Part shown: one piece after another, positions 63,163 to 64,000 of the stretch
Position numbering within the stretch: the stretch's first letter is position 1
Layout: each line of letters opens with the position of its first letter
Source: an uncultured Lachnospiraceae bacterium
GTDB taxonomy: Bacteria > Bacillota > Clostridia > Christensenellales > UBA1242
Length of the DNA stretch: 64,000 bases
Direction: 5' to 3'
Assembly (NCBI GenBank): GCA_964606505.1
Contig: CAZSGM010000003.1
Span: 44,696-108,695 of the forward strand
The notes under the pieces: generated by a model
Told to the model about the DNA's origin: nothing
Seen by the model: only the letters and a program-made list of their open reading frames with translations
The model's database searches: none
Made by a program: the position numbers and the translations under genes

Positions 63163-63822
63163 ATGCACAAACACAACTTTAACACAACTTTGTATGCCGA
63201 TGATACGCTCAAATATAAGGTTTGTTCAATTGAAAAAGCGCCTAAACTTGAGGATAAATCATCGTTTTTGTTGACGTCAAAATTGTTTTTAACGCAAGCC
63301 AGTGCTGAGAAGCGCAAGATTTATGAACAGATTTTTGTATTGACAAAAACTTACAATAGTATTGTCAGTCGCTCGAAGAATTTGTTTGAGACAAACTTCA
63401 AGGATTTTGTTACACTTAGTAACACCGACGGCGCAAAACAGTCAAGCACATTGCGCGCGTTAATTAACAGCCAAATCGAACAACTTGTCAAAGCAATTAA
63501 AGAATATTCAGTTTATGAAGCAAATGTTAAAAACAATATTGATACATATTCAGCAAATTGCAAGGCTTGTTCCGCATATATTAAAAATGGAGTTAAAACA
63601 TTCAATTTAAACAACGCTATAATCGCAAATTTAGCTTCAGATATGCCAAACAAAGACGAGTTCGCAGACAAATCATTCCCAATTTCTTACTATTGCAAAA
63701 AAGATTTGGAAAATAAAATCCAGTTAGCAAACAGTTTATGCTCAGATTTTATTAAAACAAGCAACAGCAAAACAAATAGCACCACTATTAACAATAATTC
63801 AAAAGGAGATTTCTCTATATGA
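63163..63822 (+). CDS. Hypothetical protein (219 aa, Asn/Lys/Ser-rich, no TM, no recognised domain)
   Basis: The ATG at 63163 follows GAGAGG, and a strong promoter lies upstream. I could not recognise a family. Confidence 0.65.
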   Translation: MHKHNFNTTLYADDTLKYKVCSIEKAPKLEDKSSFLLTSKLFLTQASAEKRKIYEQIFVLTKTYNSIVSRSKNLFETNFKDFVTLSNTDGAKQSSTLRALINSQIEQLVKAIKEYSVYEANVKNNIDTYSANCKACSAYIKNGVKTFNLNNAIIANLASDMPNKDEFADKSFPISYYCKKDLENKIQLANSLCSDFIKTSNSKTNSTTINNNSKGDFSI

Positions 63823-64000
63823 TTTACGCACCTATTAAATACAAAAAAGTTAGTTCAACTTCCCCACTCTATATGCACCGTATGGGGTTTAAAACTGCGC
63901 CATCAACTGAAATCATTGACGACCACAAGGTTACGGCTAGGCACGCTGAGCAACCAGCAAAAACGTATAAATACGTTGTGCTGAAACCATTTGCTAAGCA
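63819..64000 (+). CDS. Hypothetical protein, 5' fragment (runs off the window)
   Basis: The ATG at 63819 overlaps the previous stop (ATGA), and AAGGAG lies 10 nt upstream. The frame is open to the window end (MIYAPIKYKKVSSTSPLYMHRMGFKTAPSTEIIDDHKVTARHAEQPAKTYKYVVLKPFAK...). Confidence 0.55.
   Translation, partial: MIYAPIKYKKVSSTSPLYMHRMGFKTAPSTEIIDDHKVTARHAEQPAKTYKYVVLKPFAK

Overview
The window looks like about 64 kb of chromosomal core from a low-GC, endospore-forming Firmicute, probably Clostridia-like. The sporulation call rests on spoVM, spoVT, a SpoVB-like flippase and a BclA-like collagen protein. Most genes are on the minus strand and are housekeeping. The main blocks are listed here.
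- miaB-mutS-mutL-miaA, with no hfq.
- A class A PBP.
- yloV-yloU / rpmB-spoVM / rpe-rsgA-rlmN-priA, which is syntenic with Bacillus subtilis.
- rpoZ, gatCAB, ligA and pcrA.
- rpsU, a HIT protein, mtaB and rsmE.
- A Na/Pi transporter with pgk-tpiA-gpmI.
- dusB, two HU genes, spoVB-like and spoVT.
- plsX-rnc-smc-ftsY.
- A Kbl/BioF-family enzyme, holA and comEC.
- Two minus-strand tRNA operons with 4 and 7 tRNAs.

I found no CRISPR array, transposase, prophage or recognisable defence system. The unusual signals sit mainly in the intergenic DNA.
1. A dispersed element of about 50 bp is built from two AT-rich palindromes spaced 32-33 bp apart. There are 4 full copies plus related single palindromes, and the element resembles tandem NrdR boxes.
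2. A 1.35 kb gene-poor island holds a 41-aa Cys/Ser/Thr/Lys-rich micro-ORF. The micro-ORF has a perfect AGGAGG ribosome-binding site, a hairpin-rich leader and its own terminator. The island also contains a C15 homopolymer.
3. A 1.43 kb ORF-free gap lies upstream of a tyrosine recombinase. It contains G-tracts, a thrice-repeated motif, a perfect 11-bp inverted repeat, phased TTTAACG words and a very AT-rich block.
4. At least five promoters place their -10 box 6-7 nt from an ATG with no Shine-Dalgarno sequence, so these mRNAs are predicted to be leaderless.
5. A membrane-tethered PadR fusion is divergent from an M48/DUF45 peptidase.
6. A catalytically degenerate ABC-ATPase is translationally coupled to a small PucR-type HTH protein.
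7. A collagen-like protein carries a poly-Cys N-terminus.

Everything here was read by eye from the sequence. No database search or computation was run.
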